64,000 bases of DNA from Zancudomyces culisetae HAW-14-8 (GCA_052426225.1 JBNJNM010000023.1:744001-808000), one strand, 5' to 3'; positions 1 through 13,872 are shown, numbered from the stretch's first letter. Notes: generated by a model from the sequence alone, not told the origin. Translations and numbers: made by a program.

Positions 1-1962
1 ATTCTTTTTATAAACTGTTACGACTGGCGAACACCACTCTGAATAACACGGTGAAATTATTCCTTTATTCTCCATTTCAATTAACTCATTTCTAACCTTT
101 TCTTGCATATGATAGGGAATTCTGTATGGGCGCTGCTTGATCGGTGTATGATCTGTTAGTTCAATACTATGCTCTGTGAGATTAGTTTGGGTAAGCTCCC
201 CTATGTCTTCAACAAAGATATCAGCATATTGCTCTCGTAGTTTGATAAACCTTTCATTCTCGATTTGCTTGTTATCACTTTCAACACCATTTTCACTCTT
301 CACCATAAAATATAGCTCAGTTTCTTGTGGCCAGTAAGTCGTATCTTCTGCAAGTATTTTCATTGGTATAACTAATATTTCTGAATGTGTGTGTATCTTT
401 AGTTCTCTGCTTCTTGGATCTATAATCCCGTGGTGCCTATACAACCAATCTGTGCCGAGAATTAAAGTACTTCCTTTGCGATTCATAACTATGAGCTCTG
501 CTTCTAGTAAGTGATTTCCTATAGTTATAGGTACTTTGTTCATAACACCTTCAGTGAGATGTTTTGTTCCATCAGCTGTTACCAACACTTGTCTGTGCCA
601 ACCCTCTGGTTCTATGCCCCACTGCTCAACCATGCTTGGTGTAGTTACAGAACAAGCGGCTCCAGAGTCAACAACAGCCCAATAGTTTTTGTTGAATACC
701 GTGACCATGACCCGGCAGTTGCTGATTTTTTGTGGTAATATCCTGATTTCATTTACTTCTTGTTTTTTTATTTTTTTAGAAAGACTATTAAACTCTGTTG
801 CTATGGTAGGAGAAACGGCTATTAACTGAGGTAGACTAATCTTTGGATAAAACTGGTTAAATTCAGATTGTAGATTGAATGGCTCGACGTTTTCGATAAT
901 GCGCTGGATGGTTTTCTGTTTTTTATTCACTATAGTGACTTCAGGTGTAACTTCCATATCCATGTCCACAACATTATCTGTTATAGTTGCCTCAGGTTTT
1001 ATAATAACTGGTTTCATCTTTCTAACTGGTTTATTATCACTTATATATGGCTTACTGATATTTGATTTAGCTTTTTGCCTTTGCACTAAGTAAACATCAT
1101 TATCTGGCGTGTCATCAGTGTCAATATCCGTGTCATCGACTGGTAGTAACTCAATAGTGCTGATTTCTTTTTTACTTTGTACCTCATCTGTTTTGGTAGT
1201 TCCAATCTTTGTACACTGACTCTTGTAGTGTCCTGTTGTTCTACAGATAGAACAGTACGGTGGCCTTTGATAACGCTGTTGCATACTTTTACTTATAGCA
1301 ATGTCAATTTTCTTTTCAACAACCTCTTCGACTTTTGAAAGTAAGTTTATACTCCATTCTTCCATCTTGGATATCATCTCATCATAACCAATCTTTTGAT
1401 CAGTCATTTCTTTTATTGGTTTGCCAGGTCCGGTTAGTCTGTAAGATTTTGATGTAGATGAATTTGTCTCTGCGATGTCTGTAGAATTGTAACTAGGGGT
1501 ATCTATATCCAGATTTATGGCATTTATGATAGTATCCCACTCTTGATAATTTGATTCTAGGACTCTTGCTTTATATTTTGGACTCAATGCACTGATTAAC
1601 CAATTGACCTTATGTTTGTCATCTGTTATACCAGATTTTTGTAGAGCTATTTCTAAAGCATACTCAAATTCGTCAACAGAATTGTAACCTGACTGACAAA
1701 TGCTTTTTAGTGTCTCGATTGACTGATGAGCTTTGATTTTATTTATGAACTTTTTATTGAATGAAGAAACGACAGAATTCCAATCGGTGAATGTACTCTT
1801 TTGCCTAATATACCAAATCTTTTCACGGTTACCTAGATGTGCAGGTAAATATTTTATTAGATCTTCGTCAGACCAATTTCTGAGTCTGGCACTCAAACTG
1901 TACGAATCAATCCAATCTTCTGGGTTGTCAATTTCTGAGTTAAACTTTTCAACTAGTGTCAT
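1..1962 (-). CDS. Gag-Pol polyprotein, partial (gag, CCHC knuckle, aspartic protease, start of RT)
   Basis: Minus-strand ATG at 1962 (MTLVEKFNSEIDNPEDWI). Protease motif WAVVDSGAACS near 650. ISPCYSEWCSPVV at the window edge is in the same frame. Absent from the ORF track, consistent with no stop before the edge. Confidence 0.8.
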   Translation of the reverse strand, partial: MTLVEKFNSEIDNPEDWIDSYSLSARLRNWSDEDLIKYLPAHLGNREKIWYIRQKSTFTDWNSVVSSFNKKFINKIKAHQSIETLKSICQSGYNSVDEFEYALEIALQKSGITDDKHKVNWLISALSPKYKARVLESNYQEWDTIINAINLDIDTPSYNSTDIAETNSSTSKSYRLTGPGKPIKEMTDQKIGYDEMISKMEEWSINLLSKVEEVVEKKIDIAISKSMQQRYQRPPYCSICRTTGHYKSQCTKIGTTKTDEVQSKKEISTIELLPVDDTDIDTDDTPDNDVYLVQRQKAKSNISKPYISDNKPVRKMKPVIIKPEATITDNVVDMDMEVTPEVTIVNKKQKTIQRIIENVEPFNLQSEFNQFYPKISLPQLIAVSPTIATEFNSLSKKIKKQEVNEIRILPQKISNCRVMVTVFNKNYWAVVDSGAACSVTTPSMVEQWGIEPEGWHRQVLVTADGTKHLTEGVMNKVPITIGNHLLEAELIVMNRKGSTLILGTDWLYRHHGIIDPRSRELKIHTHSEILVIPMKILAEDTTYWPQETELYFMVKSENGVESDNKQIENERFIKLREQYADIFVEDIGELTQTNLTEHSIELTDHTPIKQRPYRIPYHMQEKVRNELIEMENKGIISPCYSEWCSPVVTVYKKN

Positions 1963-2451
1963 GTTTGATTTAAAGGTGTTTATTTAATATTTTAGCTATA
2001 AAACGGACTCCAAGTCCTGGCTGGATCACCACTGTTAACTTTCGACCCTTTTCTGCTAGTAGTCGTAGTTATTCGTATTTAGTTGGTTTAAAATTTAATA
2101 GAAAAGTTAATTATCTACTTGTTTTGTTCGAAACTCTAACTAACTATTAAGACTTGCTTATTATTTTGGTTATTATTCTTTATTTTTTATTGCTAAAAAG
2201 TTGTTATCCTAAAAGTTATTCTTCCAAACTATAAATAAAATTTATATATAAACTATTTTTTTTCCATCTATTTTGTTATCTCAATTTTTTTGTGTTATCA
2301 ATTTTTGTTTTGTAATTTCTTGGCTCATTAAAAAAACCCAAATTGTTAGGGAAAAAAGAGTCCAATTTTTCCACTAATTTTAATATAGTAATTTATCAGA
2401 ATTGACTTTGTCAATTCGTATTTTTTATAATATATAATTAATTATGCAACA
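1..2451 (-). mobile_element. Ty3/gypsy LTR retrotransposon #1 (5' part; runs off the window start)
   Basis: LTR 2033-2451 (TGTTA...CAACA). PBS on the minus strand TGGTGATCCAGCCAGGAC (tRNA-Val-like 3' end), followed by a gag-protease-RT reading frame. Confidence 0.9.
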
Positions 2452-2457
2452 TTGGCT

Positions 2458-2680
2458 TATTATATAGTAGAAATATATACGTGTATTTCCTTGTATTTTA
2501 TTGGTTAATTTATATAGTATTATTTTATGCATTAAATAGTCTAGTTTTGAATTAATTAATAAATTGTCTTTTTCTCCCACGATAATTATAGTACTATTAT
2601 ATTATAATAAAAGTCCCGTCCTGTATAATACTGGGTTATTATATTACTCAGTAGGACGTTAAACATGTAATTATACAACA
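2458..2680 (+). repeat. Solo LTR of the TRIM family (cf. 22049-22271)
   Basis: Near-identical to the 223-bp TRIM LTRs; GGCT on both sides. Confidence 0.85.
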
Positions 2681-2683
2681 GGC

Positions 2684-3371
2684 TGTTGTAATTTTAGTTT
2701 GCAGAAAATTTCTCACAAAATTTCCGCAACTAAACCTACAAAAAGTTCTGCTAATAGAGGGGGATTGTTACTGGAATAAGTTTTACTTTATTTAACCAGT
2801 CAACCCTACCTTTTTAGCTTATATTTAATTTAGTTTTATGTATTTATTAATTCAATAAATGCGATAAAACTGGGTAAAATTACGCCCAACTCCTAAAATT
2901 TGGTGTGCAAAACAATTAATTTTGGTCCAAAAATTAGACTCTGATACCTTTCTGATACCCTTTGAAAATTGTGTTACGCTTCACTACCTATGTTTTTTTT
3001 TGGTTTTAGGTAGGTTTTTGCTCAAATCACAAATTTCAATTTTATAGAGTAAAATCAAGTATTTTAGAGCTAATTTATATTTTATTTAATGAATAACTTT
3101 TAAAAACAAAAAGATAAAACCACCAAACTTGTGGTGGGGTTACTAGAAAAATACAAGAACAGCCTAGCTATTTTATTTAAACTTTATATAATAGAAACTT
3201 AAAATAAAACAATTAAAACTTAATATTGACTCACTTTTTGGGTGATAATTTCACCCTAGTAATCCCAGATTACTAGCTCGAACACCCGAGATAACGGTGG
3301 TTATTCGGTGTTTGAGAAGCTGTTTGCTGTTCATCCAATAGTTTAGCTTGGATAGAACTAAGCATACAACA
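2684..3371 (-). repeat. Solo-LTR-like unit, family D (~688 bp)
   Basis: Reverse complement of 13873-14559 and 34293-34981; TGTTGTA...TACAACA termini. Confidence 0.85.
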
Positions 3372-3375
3372 GTCG

Positions 3376-3705
3376 TGTTGTTTAATTAAATTTACTTTTA
3401 CTGTAATTATTTTTCTTATTTATATATATTATAACTAAGTATATTATTTTAGTATTATTGTTCTTTTTAATACTATATATGTTAAACTTAATATTTTGTT
3501 AAGATGTGTTTTTATTTAATTCAAAGTGGGCGGTTGCTTTAACCCCCAGATATTAATATAATTAATGAGGAAATATAATGTAAATAACTAACTAAACTAT
3601 TGGACAAAAACCACAGGGGGAAAAAATGTCCAATCTCAAAACTATTAACTAAAAACCTAATGAATAAATAAAGCTAATTATATAAAATCGTATCTTCATA
3701 CGACA
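3376..3705 (-). repeat. Solo-LTR-like unit, family C (~330 bp)
   Basis: Reverse complement of 14916-15244; related to 33958-34288. Confidence 0.8.
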
Positions 3706-5713
3706 GTATAGTGAAAATGCTTAACCTCCTACTTGGTAACTTTCGCTAGCAAGTACTACACGGGACGGGTCAATTTCAATAATATATAAATTTATTATAC
3801 TATTATTTATCTGTGGAAAAGGACAATTTATTAATTAATTCCATTCAAACATATTTATCCTAATTCTATAAAATACATAAATAAAACTAACCAATAAAAT
3901 TGGGACAACTCTTCAGTATAGTTTACTATACGACATGTCTTGATATATCTTTCTGAATATATGTTTAAAAATAGACTATTAGCTAAACTATTATTATTTA
4001 CTTATTAATTATAACTTAATCTTTAAATAATGTTTAGATAATACTGTGTTTATTTTAGTAAAAGATTGGTGTCGTTACCACTTTGGATACTAAATCCTTC
4101 TTTTTATATTGAAATGACTATCAATATATATTTTGTATAAAAGTATTCTAAAGTATAATAAATTCATGATATTAGATAAAGTCTAAAAACTATTTCGAGA
4201 TTCCTATTAATATAAACTTATATTAAATATATCATTTAACGTTATCTAGAAAGTAATTAATATAGTTTTAATAATTTGTTAATAATTGTTATTTTAACTC
4301 AATTCTAAATGAGGTGTACTTCTCTTAAAATATATCAGTCTTGTCGTATAAAATATCTGATTATATTATACCCAGTAATTAGGCAACGAATTGGTGATTG
4401 TTCCCGAGTACAATCGGACAATTGCAGTCAGCAATTGTCAATTAAGCAACGTTTTTTATATATTTTATATTATATACTATATATTGATACTCTTTATAAA
4501 TACGATGACAAGGAATTCATGGAATCCTGGTCGGGAATCATATCTTTTCTTCTATAGCGTTTATTTATAGTTATATACTAATTAAAGGTTTAATAATACC
4601 AAAACTAATGCTTGGAAAGGTCTGGACTAATAATAATACTTTTAATACTATCTTTTAGTGTATACAGCCTCGTCGTACGGTATTACACTTAGTTAAGTTA
4701 ATAAAAACTCATTATTTACACGAATGGCTTTCGTGAAATTACAGAAGATTTAAATCCTTTTTCCCACTGGGTTTTTTTGATTGTAAATTACATAGTAATT
4801 TTTCGACAACCAAATTCTCAATGATGTCATCATATTACATCACAGTGTACGTAAATCAGTTGAAGTCACTGTGAATGTAAATCTAATGACATCACTGTGA
4901 ATGTAAATCGATCTAGTTCAACTTTCGTGAGTCATTACAACTCACATCAATTAAAACAATGTTTTATATTTACATATGAATTAGGCTATCTTTATTAAAT
5001 TACAGTAATTATTATTTAGTTTATTTTAAGTTTATTTAGCGTTTCTAAAAGTATAAAAGACGTTCAAATTCTCGTCAGAGAAGGAGGATCAACAATTTTA
5101 TTTTATAGTTATTTAATAACATATATAACAAATATAATAAAAATATAAAATATAAAATATATAATATTAACATTATCAATAATTAAATTTTTAGTCTAAA
5201 ATACAAGCTATTAATACGACAGAATGTATGTTGCCATGTTTAACGTCCCATTGAGTGTTTTTTTACACCAAATAACACACGGGACGGGTCAGTTTACTTA
5301 CCATTACTATATGCTGCGTATTAATATATAGTTCTTTGGATTTTGCATAAGAGGACATTTATTTCGTTTACCAAAAATTTCAATTTTATTCAATTAAATC
5401 TACAAAAAATCTAACTAAAAATTACATAACACAAATAATTTTTGGAAATGTTTTGCCTATTGTATGAATACAACATGGCTGTGTAGTATTACTTTTAGTA
5501 TAATCGACTTACACAGTACTTTTTAATTAGTTTTTCTATAATAGGTTTTCTAGTATATTCAGTCCACAATTTATAAGACGAATAAAATTATCTCTTTCAA
5601 ATTTGCTAAAATAGTCTAACAAATTATACTACAATACTATTGTACTACTTGTGCGAGCTAATTAAAGTAGAATATCTACATTGTCAGTATGCAAACAAAA
5701 AAACCGCACGACA
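3706..5713. repeat. Further older stacked TGT...ACA solo-LTR-like units (e.g. ~3706-3935, 5224-5475, 5480-5713)
   Basis: Recurrent ACGACA/CAACA ends followed within 2-6 bp by TGT. Two units share the GGGACGGG motif of the TRIM-LTR relatives. Internal boundaries in 3936-5221 are uncertain. Confidence 0.55.
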
Positions 5714-5715
5714 GC

Positions 5716-6094
5716 TGTTATCAATTAGTTTCTTGACCGCTATAAATAATGTATGTATTATATTAATAATACATACTAGGTACTATTTTAAAGCAAGTTT
5801 TCACTATAAATGTTAAAGACTTTTAGTAAACAGACCAAACTAAGTTTTTTGATTTATATGAATAAGCCACTTCAAAAAAAAACATGTAGTAATAATTAAT
5901 ATAATATGCTACATTAAACTTAACTATATACCATAACTTCTATTAAACCTATAAATATTTTATTAATATTTGTTCATACCTAGAAAAAATCCGAAGATGA
6001 AAAAAACTCTGCATGAACCTGAATTTACAGTGACTAAAATAATTGTTCAAATGTTTTTGATGTTCATTCAAAAATTAGTCTATCTCAGGAAAAT
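5716..6094 (-). repeat. Family A unit, truncated by a Tc1 element
   Basis: Reverse-complement similarity to 24454-24856 (AGGTTCATGCA, TTCGGATTTTTT, GTGAAAACTTG, GATAACA). Confidence 0.7.
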
Positions 6095-7566
6095 TATATC
6101 GTATCACTATAAAAAATTTAATTATTATACATTAATATACCATGTATTACCTATCAAAATTTGGTATGCTTGAACCAGCCAATCAACTGTAGTTATACTT
6201 TTTGTAATATTATTTTATTTGAACAATTTTTTTGCTAATATTAAAAAAATTTATAAACTTAATTAAACTAGTAATTAGTATATCCACCCCTGTCTTTCAA
6301 TACTGAATAAATTCTTGATGGAATGCTACTGATTAGCGACATACCTTCGTCACGTGTTATCTTATTCAACTCGTCTTGTACGCGGTCCCAAAGTTCGTTT
6401 ATCCCTTTTGGTGCTTTTTCGTGATCTGACAGCCGTCTTTTCAAACTGTCCCATAGATGTTCAATTGGATTTAGGTCAGGTGACTGCGCTGGCCAGTCAA
6501 GCGCCTGAATTCAGTTAGTTTGCAACCATTCTTTAGTAATTATCACGGTGTGTTTTGGATCGTTATCATGCTGAAAAATTGTACTTTCCCTGTCTAAGTC
6601 GTACCACTCCATTGATTTTACCAGTTCGTCTTCAAAAATATCACAATACAATTCTGCATTAAGTCCGCAATCAATTATAGTAAGATAGCCTGAGCCTTCT
6701 GAAGTCATGCATCCCCATATCATGATTGAACCTCCACCATGTTTTATAGTTTTTTTAACATGGTTCGGTTTTAACTGGCTCCCTTGTTATTTCCAGCACC
6801 ACATGCGCCCATCTGACCCGAATCAGTTAATTTTAGTCACTTCAGACCATATCACACGTTTCCAGTCTTCTACAGTCCAATGCTGATATTTTTTAGCAAA
6901 TGCAAGTCGTTGTTTAATATGGCCTAATTTTAGCATAGGTTTTTTGACCATAGGTTTTGTACTTAACCACTGTTTTCATGCTATTCCGCACTGTTTGAGG
7001 AACCACAGTTACGAGGCCATTATCCTTGAGAAAATTTTGTAGCGTTTGTCGCTGTATCAAATTGTCCAGACGTAATTTTACGAATTATTAATCGCTCATT
7101 AGCTTTTGTCAATTTATTTGAGCTGCCATGTGATAAATTTTTTATTGATGTACGATACTTATTTTTTAGGTTAGATATTGTCCCATTAGTAATAGGTAGT
7201 TTTTTTGTATTTGGCTATATGCGTTGCCATTATCCAGTAGATATATATCACTACAAATTATTTCTTTATTGAGTTTTTTCATCGAATTTAATTTATCAAA
7301 AATTTATATATAATAATAAAATATATTGTATAGTTAATAGTTAGTTATTTTTAGTACAATAATTAAATTTTAAATGATATCTACTAAAATGAAAAAGATA
7401 TCAACAATATTGATAATTAAATTTTTAACAAAAAAATTGTTCAAATAAAATATTTTACAAAAAGTATAACTACAGTTGATTAACAAGTTCAATTATTTTA
7501 AAAATTTAATAGGTATACATGGTATATGTATGTAAATATTAGTAAATATTATATGGATAAGATATA
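6095..7566 (-). mobile_element. Tc1-family DNA transposon #1, decayed
   Basis: Long imperfect inverted ends (AATCAACTGTAGTTATACTTTTTGTAA / TTACAAAAAGTATAACTACAGTTGATT). Broken transposase with MIWGCM, FQHDNDPKH and WPAQSPDLNPIE. Confidence 0.85.
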
Positions 7567-9127
7567 CAGTGAGTTTCATTAATGTCTCAAAATATTGAAA
7601 ATAATTTGCAAAGTGTAATATCTCGCTGAATAATATCCAGAAATTATATGGTTAATTATTAAAAATGCACAATTATAATAATATTATTTTATCTAATTAG
7701 TATTATTATTGGTTAAAAAATCATTATAAAATTATAAACTGAAAAAATTTTAAAAATGAGACAATTATGGGAATTTTTCAAAAAAATACTTTAAAATTAT
7801 GTCCACCATCCTTTAGACTTGATAACTGCCTCAACGCTTTTGGGCATACTATCTATAAGACCAAGTATTGTTTCCACTGAAATTATATTCCATTCCGTTT
7901 CTATTCGCTCCCATAATTCGATCATCCCGGACGGAGGTTTACTGTATCTATTTAGGCGTCTTTTGATGATTGCCCATATAGTTTCGATTGGGTTTAAGTC
8001 TGGAGATTGTGGCGGCCAGTCCAATGTATTATATTTCTGGTTTTCAAGCCAGCATGTAACTAACTTTGTGGTATGTTTAGGATCATTGTCATGTTGAAAT
8101 ATTATTGACTTTGGATCCAACTTGTAGTACTTTATTGTATTGCTAAGCTCGTCTTTTAAAATGTTTAAATAATCTTCCTTGTATAACATTCCTACTATTC
8201 GGCACATGTAGCCAGTTCCAAATGCTGTGATGCATCCCCAAATCATTAATGATCCACCACCGTGTTTTACGGTCTGGTTAATATTGTGCGGCTGTAGACT
8301 CACACCATCACGAACCCAAGTTCATTTATTTCCATCAGATCCAAATCAGTTGATTTTAGTTTCGTCGGACCAAATTACTCGTCTCCAATCATCAGTAGTC
8401 CAGTAATGATGGGATTTTGCGAATCTCAACCTTTTTGCAATATTTTTAAGGCTCAGTTTCGGTTTGGAGGTTTTTTTTTTTGCAACGGCTTTTAGATCAT
8501 TAAAAGCCCTATATATTGTAGACTTACTAGCACTAACAATATTATCCATTTCTAACTTCTTTTGTATCGAAGTAGCAGTTCGATACATTCCAGATAATAT
8601 CATCCTAGTACATATTCGCTTGCTTTGGGGTGAAAGCTTCGCTGGACGACCGCGTTTATTAGCCGGTAAATTGATATTCATTTCTGCTTTTATTCTGTAT
8701 ATTGTTGCTTTACTAACTCCATTATCTATAATGATTTGGTCAATGCTTCTGCCTTCAAGTAACGTGTTTTTAATATCCAGTTTACGTTGTTCAGATATCA
8801 TTTTTTAAATAATTATTATTTTAATTAGTATAACAATTATATATTTTATTATATGTAAAAGTTTAAAAAATTTAAAGTTTGAATTCATAAAGTTATGATA
8901 GTTTAAATTTTTATTTGAAAAATTCCCAAAATTGTCTCATTTAAAAATTTTTTCAATTTATAATTTCATTTTGAATTTTTAACCAATACAAATACAGTTT
9001 ATATAATACTGATTATAACATTTGTTCATTATATATTATAAAAAACATATAATTTTTGGATAATATTGAGCGAGATATTACACTATTAAAAATTTTCAAT
9101 ATTTTGAGACATTTTTGAAACTCACTG
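7567..9127 (-). mobile_element. Tc1-family DNA transposon #2
   Basis: TA-flanked CAGTGAGTTTC...GAAACTCACTG ends with ~230-bp imperfect TIRs; contains a DD34E-type transposase. Confidence 0.93.
7797..8801 (-). pseudogene. Tc1 transposase with premature stops
   Basis: ORFs 8346-8801 (HTH, WSDETK) and 7797-8303 (KHGGGSLMIWGC, HDNDPKH, SPDLNPIE) separated by stop codons. Confidence 0.9.
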
Positions 9128-12100
9128 TATAAATAAAACTATTTATTTGACAGTGGTGCCTTCTGTCGGAATCGTGGATATTATTAATTAAAAATGGATA
9201 AAGTTACAATCATTGAGAGTGGAAATGGTACTAGTGCCGAAGACTGGTTAGAAGATTTCCAGCTCATTGCGAAAATTAACAAGTGGAATCCTGCAGATTG
9301 GGTAGGATTAGTTAAATTGTGGCTTGGGAAGTCTGAACTATCAGGTACAAGCGGAATAAGAAGAGTTTCACTACTTGGGAGGCATTCTCAAAGTTGTTTT
9401 CTAAAAAGTTTAGTTCTGTTTTAACTACTAGTAGAGCCTGGAGTAGACTAGGGACCATCAAACGAACAGATTTCGGTAGTCTAGACGAGTTGAAGATGGA
9501 ACTAGAAATGTTATGGGATCAGGTAGGTATTAAGGAAGAAGTGACCAAGTTGGGTTCACTTATTAGCACTTTCTCGGATGATATTCGAGAAAAGCTGGCA
9601 GACAGGGACGATTTGACATTGGAGCAAGTGATTCAGTTGGTTACGAAGCTGGAGCAAGGAAGTAGTATCAAGAATGATGTTCAGCAATCTGGGAAGCCTA
9701 CTAAGGCATCAACTAAGAATGCCGCTTCTAGAGCAGGAAAATCTGTAAAAGATCTTACAACAGAATCCGCACAGTTTGGTGAATTCCTAAGAACGTTTCA
9801 AAACCTTAGTGTTAGTCTCTTAAAAAAGTTAGACAAGACAGTAGTGGCGAATAACACGTCAAGAAGTAGCGCTAAAGTCGAGCGCCCCAACACGTGGGAG
9901 TTTTACTATTGTCATGCAAAAGGGCATAGGAGATTCGAGTGTCCTCAACTGAAGTCAGAGAGTTCAGATAAAAAGGTGAATTATATATCAGTGGATAAAG
10001 AAGTACTGGAATCTGATGAAGTTCTTATGGTGGAAAAGAGAAAGGCAGATGAACAATTGGTGAGGGTAGGAAGACCTGTGAGATCTCGCAACACTATTGA
10101 ACAGGAGGATAGTGGAGCTCGTATTGAAAAGGTAAACCGCCCTGGCGTGCCAAGCGTTGAAAAAAATAAAAGTTTTAATTTAAGAGAGGAGTTTGAAAAA
10201 GTTCACCCTAAGATTAGTATGATTCAGCTGTTACAAAATTCAGAAAAAATTGCTGAGGATTGGAGAAATATAGCTGAAGTAGCGCCTAGGGCAGCGATTA
10301 ATGAGATTAGGTTACAGGAGAAAACTACTACAAATTGTAGTATGACGGTGGAAATTTATCAGTTACAATGGAAGGCGGTGGTGGACACCGGTGCAGCTTG
10401 TTCAGTGATAACCACGGGTGCGCTGAATAAGATTGGGTTGGAACCAAACCATAAGAGCTCACATGTTATTATCACTGCAGACGGTAAAAGACATTAAACT
10501 CTAGGTGTGGTTACTGAAGTTCCTATTATGATAAGCAGGATAGAGTTTAAGGCTTCGTTGGTAGTACTAGGCAACGCGGTACCAACTATTATATTGGGTA
10601 TGAACTGGCTTTTGAAACATAAAGCAAGTATAAATCTAGCAATACCTGAATTAAGACTTCCAGTTGATCGGGCTGAAGTTGTTACGCAGTTGGTAACAAC
10701 TAAAGAAAGTGCCAAGCCACGGGAAGAATGGGATTTATACCTAGTCACAGAAGCGCCGATTGGTATACAGGGAGAATTATCTAGTGGGTTAAAAGCAGTT
10801 TTACAAGATTATGAAAAATTATTTGTAGAAGATATTGATCAGCTAAAGCAAACGGACGTGACAGAACACAAGATTATACTCACAGAAAACAGACCTATAA
10901 AGCAGCGTCCATATAGGATTCCTTTCCGTTTACAAGAGGAGGTGGGTAAAGAAATTGATAGAATGTTGGCTCAAAATGTTATAGCGCCCAGCAACGCGGA
11001 ATGGTGCTCTCCGGTTGTAGTGGTTCAGAAAAAAAATGGTAAGTTGCGCATATGCGCTGATTATCGAAAACTCAACGCGGTAACAATTAAAGATTCGTAC
11101 CCGTTGCCGATAATTCAAGATTTGTTTATGGCCTTAGCCGGTGCGTGCATCTTTACAACTTTAGATGCGCTCAGCGGTTTTTGGCAAGTTAAAATGGCTG
11201 AAGACGATAAGGAAAAAACTATATTTGCATTGCCAGGAGGAGGATGCTTTTTTTATAATTTAATGCCTTTTGGGTTGACGAATAGCCCCTCAACATTTCA
11301 GCGTACAATGGAAACGGTTCTTAAAAAAGTGTTGTGGAAGAAAGCTGTGGTTTTTGTGGACGATATTATTGTCTTTTCATAAAGTCTTGAGTGTCACGAA
11401 CAGGATTTAAGAGAGATATTAGGGCTTTTAGAAGAAGGAAAAATACAATTACATAAGGATAAATGCAAGATAGGACTAACAGAAATAGATTACTTAGGTC
11501 ATGTAATTTCTGGTAAGGGGATTGCTACAAGTACAGACAAGATTGAGGCAATAACTAAAATGAGACCACTATCTAGCGTTAAGGAAGTGCAGTCATTTTT
11601 AGGTATGACTGGCTATTATAGAAAATTTATAGAACGATATGCAGTTTTGGCAGGTCCGTTAACACAGTTGTTAAAGAAAGGAGTTAAATGGAATTGGGGG
11701 TCACAGCAAGAAGAAGCCTTTCAAAAAATGAAAAAAGTGATGACAGAGGCTCCTATACTCGCGCATCCAGATTGGGACCACCCGTTTATAGTTACGACCG
11801 ACGCTGCAGTTAGTGGAGTAGGGGCTATATTATCTCAAGTAATAGATGGTAAAGAAAGACCAGTAGAGTTTGCAAGTCGCACGACAAACAAGGCGGAGAG
11901 AAACTACTCTATAAGTCACTTAGAAGGTTTGGCGGTCATATGGGCAGTTAAAAAGTTTAAGTTTTATTTATATGGTAGAAAATTTACTATAAAAACAGAT
12001 CATAAAGCACTTTTAAATATGTTTAACGGGACAGAATTAAGTGGTAGGCTCGCCAGATGGGCAATGTTCTTAAGAAACTACGAGTTTGAAATAGTACATA

Positions 12101-13869
12101 TAGCAGGAAAGATTAACCCAGCCGACCATTTGTCAAGAAACGGAGTTTCACAGGGGCTGGAAGAAGATCCAAATGAGTTATTTACAATGAAGTATAACGA
12201 AGACGATTTAGTGAAACAATTTTTATTAGAAGGTGCGCTGCCTAAGGACTTGACTGAAGAAGATAATCTAAAAATAACCAAGAATGCAAAATTGTATTTA
12301 TTGAAGGATGGAATAATTTACAAGTGGGTTAAAGGAAAGCTTAAAAAAGTTATTTCAAGTCGAAGGTTTGGAATTAATAAGGAGTGTGCACGACGAAACA
12401 CACGAAGGTATAGAGAATACCTGGATAAGAGAAAGTAACGAACACGTATGTAGAGGTTTATACAAGCAGGTAACAGACTATGTGAAGCGGTGTCACACCT
12501 GCCAGGTGTTCAAGGATGGGCGAAGCAGAAAATATCCTTTGGAGCCGATTCATGCAGTGAAGCCGTTTGAAGTTCTGGGTATGGACGCGATTGGTCCTAT
12601 CAACCCAGTATCAGAATCGGGAAACCGTTATATCCTAACAGCGATTGACTATTGTACGAAATGGCCTATCGCCATTCCCGTCGACAACCTACTCAGTGAG
12701 ACAATAGTGGATTTTGTTATTAATAATATTGTTACGTACTATGGAGTACCCCAGAAGATCATAACGGACAGGGGATCTAGTTTTGTTAGCAACATAACAA
12801 CTGAAGTATTTGAATGGCTAAAGATTAACCACAGTCCAACAACTTCATACCGTCCGCAAAGTAACGGACAGGTTGAGAGGTTGAATAAAACATTGATGAA
12901 CTTACTTCAAAAAATCAGCCGCAAGGACAAGGGTAACTGGGACCGATACTTGTGAAAGGTTTTTTTGATTATGAGGACTATGCAGAGTAAAAGTACAGGT
13001 TACACACCAGCAGAAATGATGTACGGTACGGACATGTTAATACCTTCGACTTGGCAAACGAACGGTATCATCGAGGATGAGTAGAACAGATTGAAAGTAG
13101 GTTAAAATTGATTCAAAGTAACTTACTGCAGTTGAGAAAGATTGGAGTTCAAAAAGCCGTTGCATCTAAAGAAGCAGAGAAAGTAAGGTATAATAAATCA
13201 GTTAAATTTACTAAATTTCAAGTTGGTGATAAGGTATTAAAATTAGTTGAGTACGAGCGGGGTAAGTTGGAAAGTCTATGGGAAGGGCCTTTTACTATTC
13301 TTAAACGTTTCACGAAGGGTGCTTACCTCATTTCAGATCATCTCGGGAATCGTGATTTAGTAAATGGAGATTTACTAAAGCTATATTATGAATCGAAGTT
13401 TATGATTCCTGAAATTACCAGTCGTCTCAGGCCCAAGTTGCATACCTATAAACAAGTTCGACAAAATGAGAACATTTTCGGTTGAGAGGGGGGGTGCTGT
13501 CATATAGTACCTTTATTTTCTAATATGTTTATTTTTATTTAGTTGTTTAGTGAAATTTTTCTAGTAATTTTGGGTTTAAAATATATTTAGTTTTTATTGT
13601 ATAAAATTACGTAAGTGGTAAACAGTAATAATTGTATCCACTTAAAATTTTTTCATAGAATGTATATATAAGTTTGGTAGGTTTTTGTGAGAGTTTTACT
13701 ATCAGATTTTTTCAGTTTAATTTTTAGTAATAAAGGATTCTAACACACAATATATCTAATAAGGCTTCTAGGCTTAAAGAGTATTTAGTTTTAAGATAAT
13801 ACTAAGTAATAGAAGATAGTTTATATTGCTATAACATTAAAATATATAAATAAAGCTATTTAAATGACA
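9128..13869 (+). mobile_element. Ty3/gypsy retrotransposon #2, decayed, 5' LTR truncated
   Basis: 5' LTR remnant ends TGACA at 9152. PBS TGGTGCCTTCTGTCGGAATCG. PPT GAGAGGGGGGG. 3' LTR 13498-13869. Confidence 0.92.
9194..13485 (+). pseudogene. gag-pol pseudogene (PR, RT, RNase H, IN)
   Basis: Fragments carry DTGAACS, FVDDI, TDA..G.GA and the integrase HHCC/DDE motifs, split by stops and frameshifts. Confidence 0.92.
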
Positions 13870-13872
13870 AGA

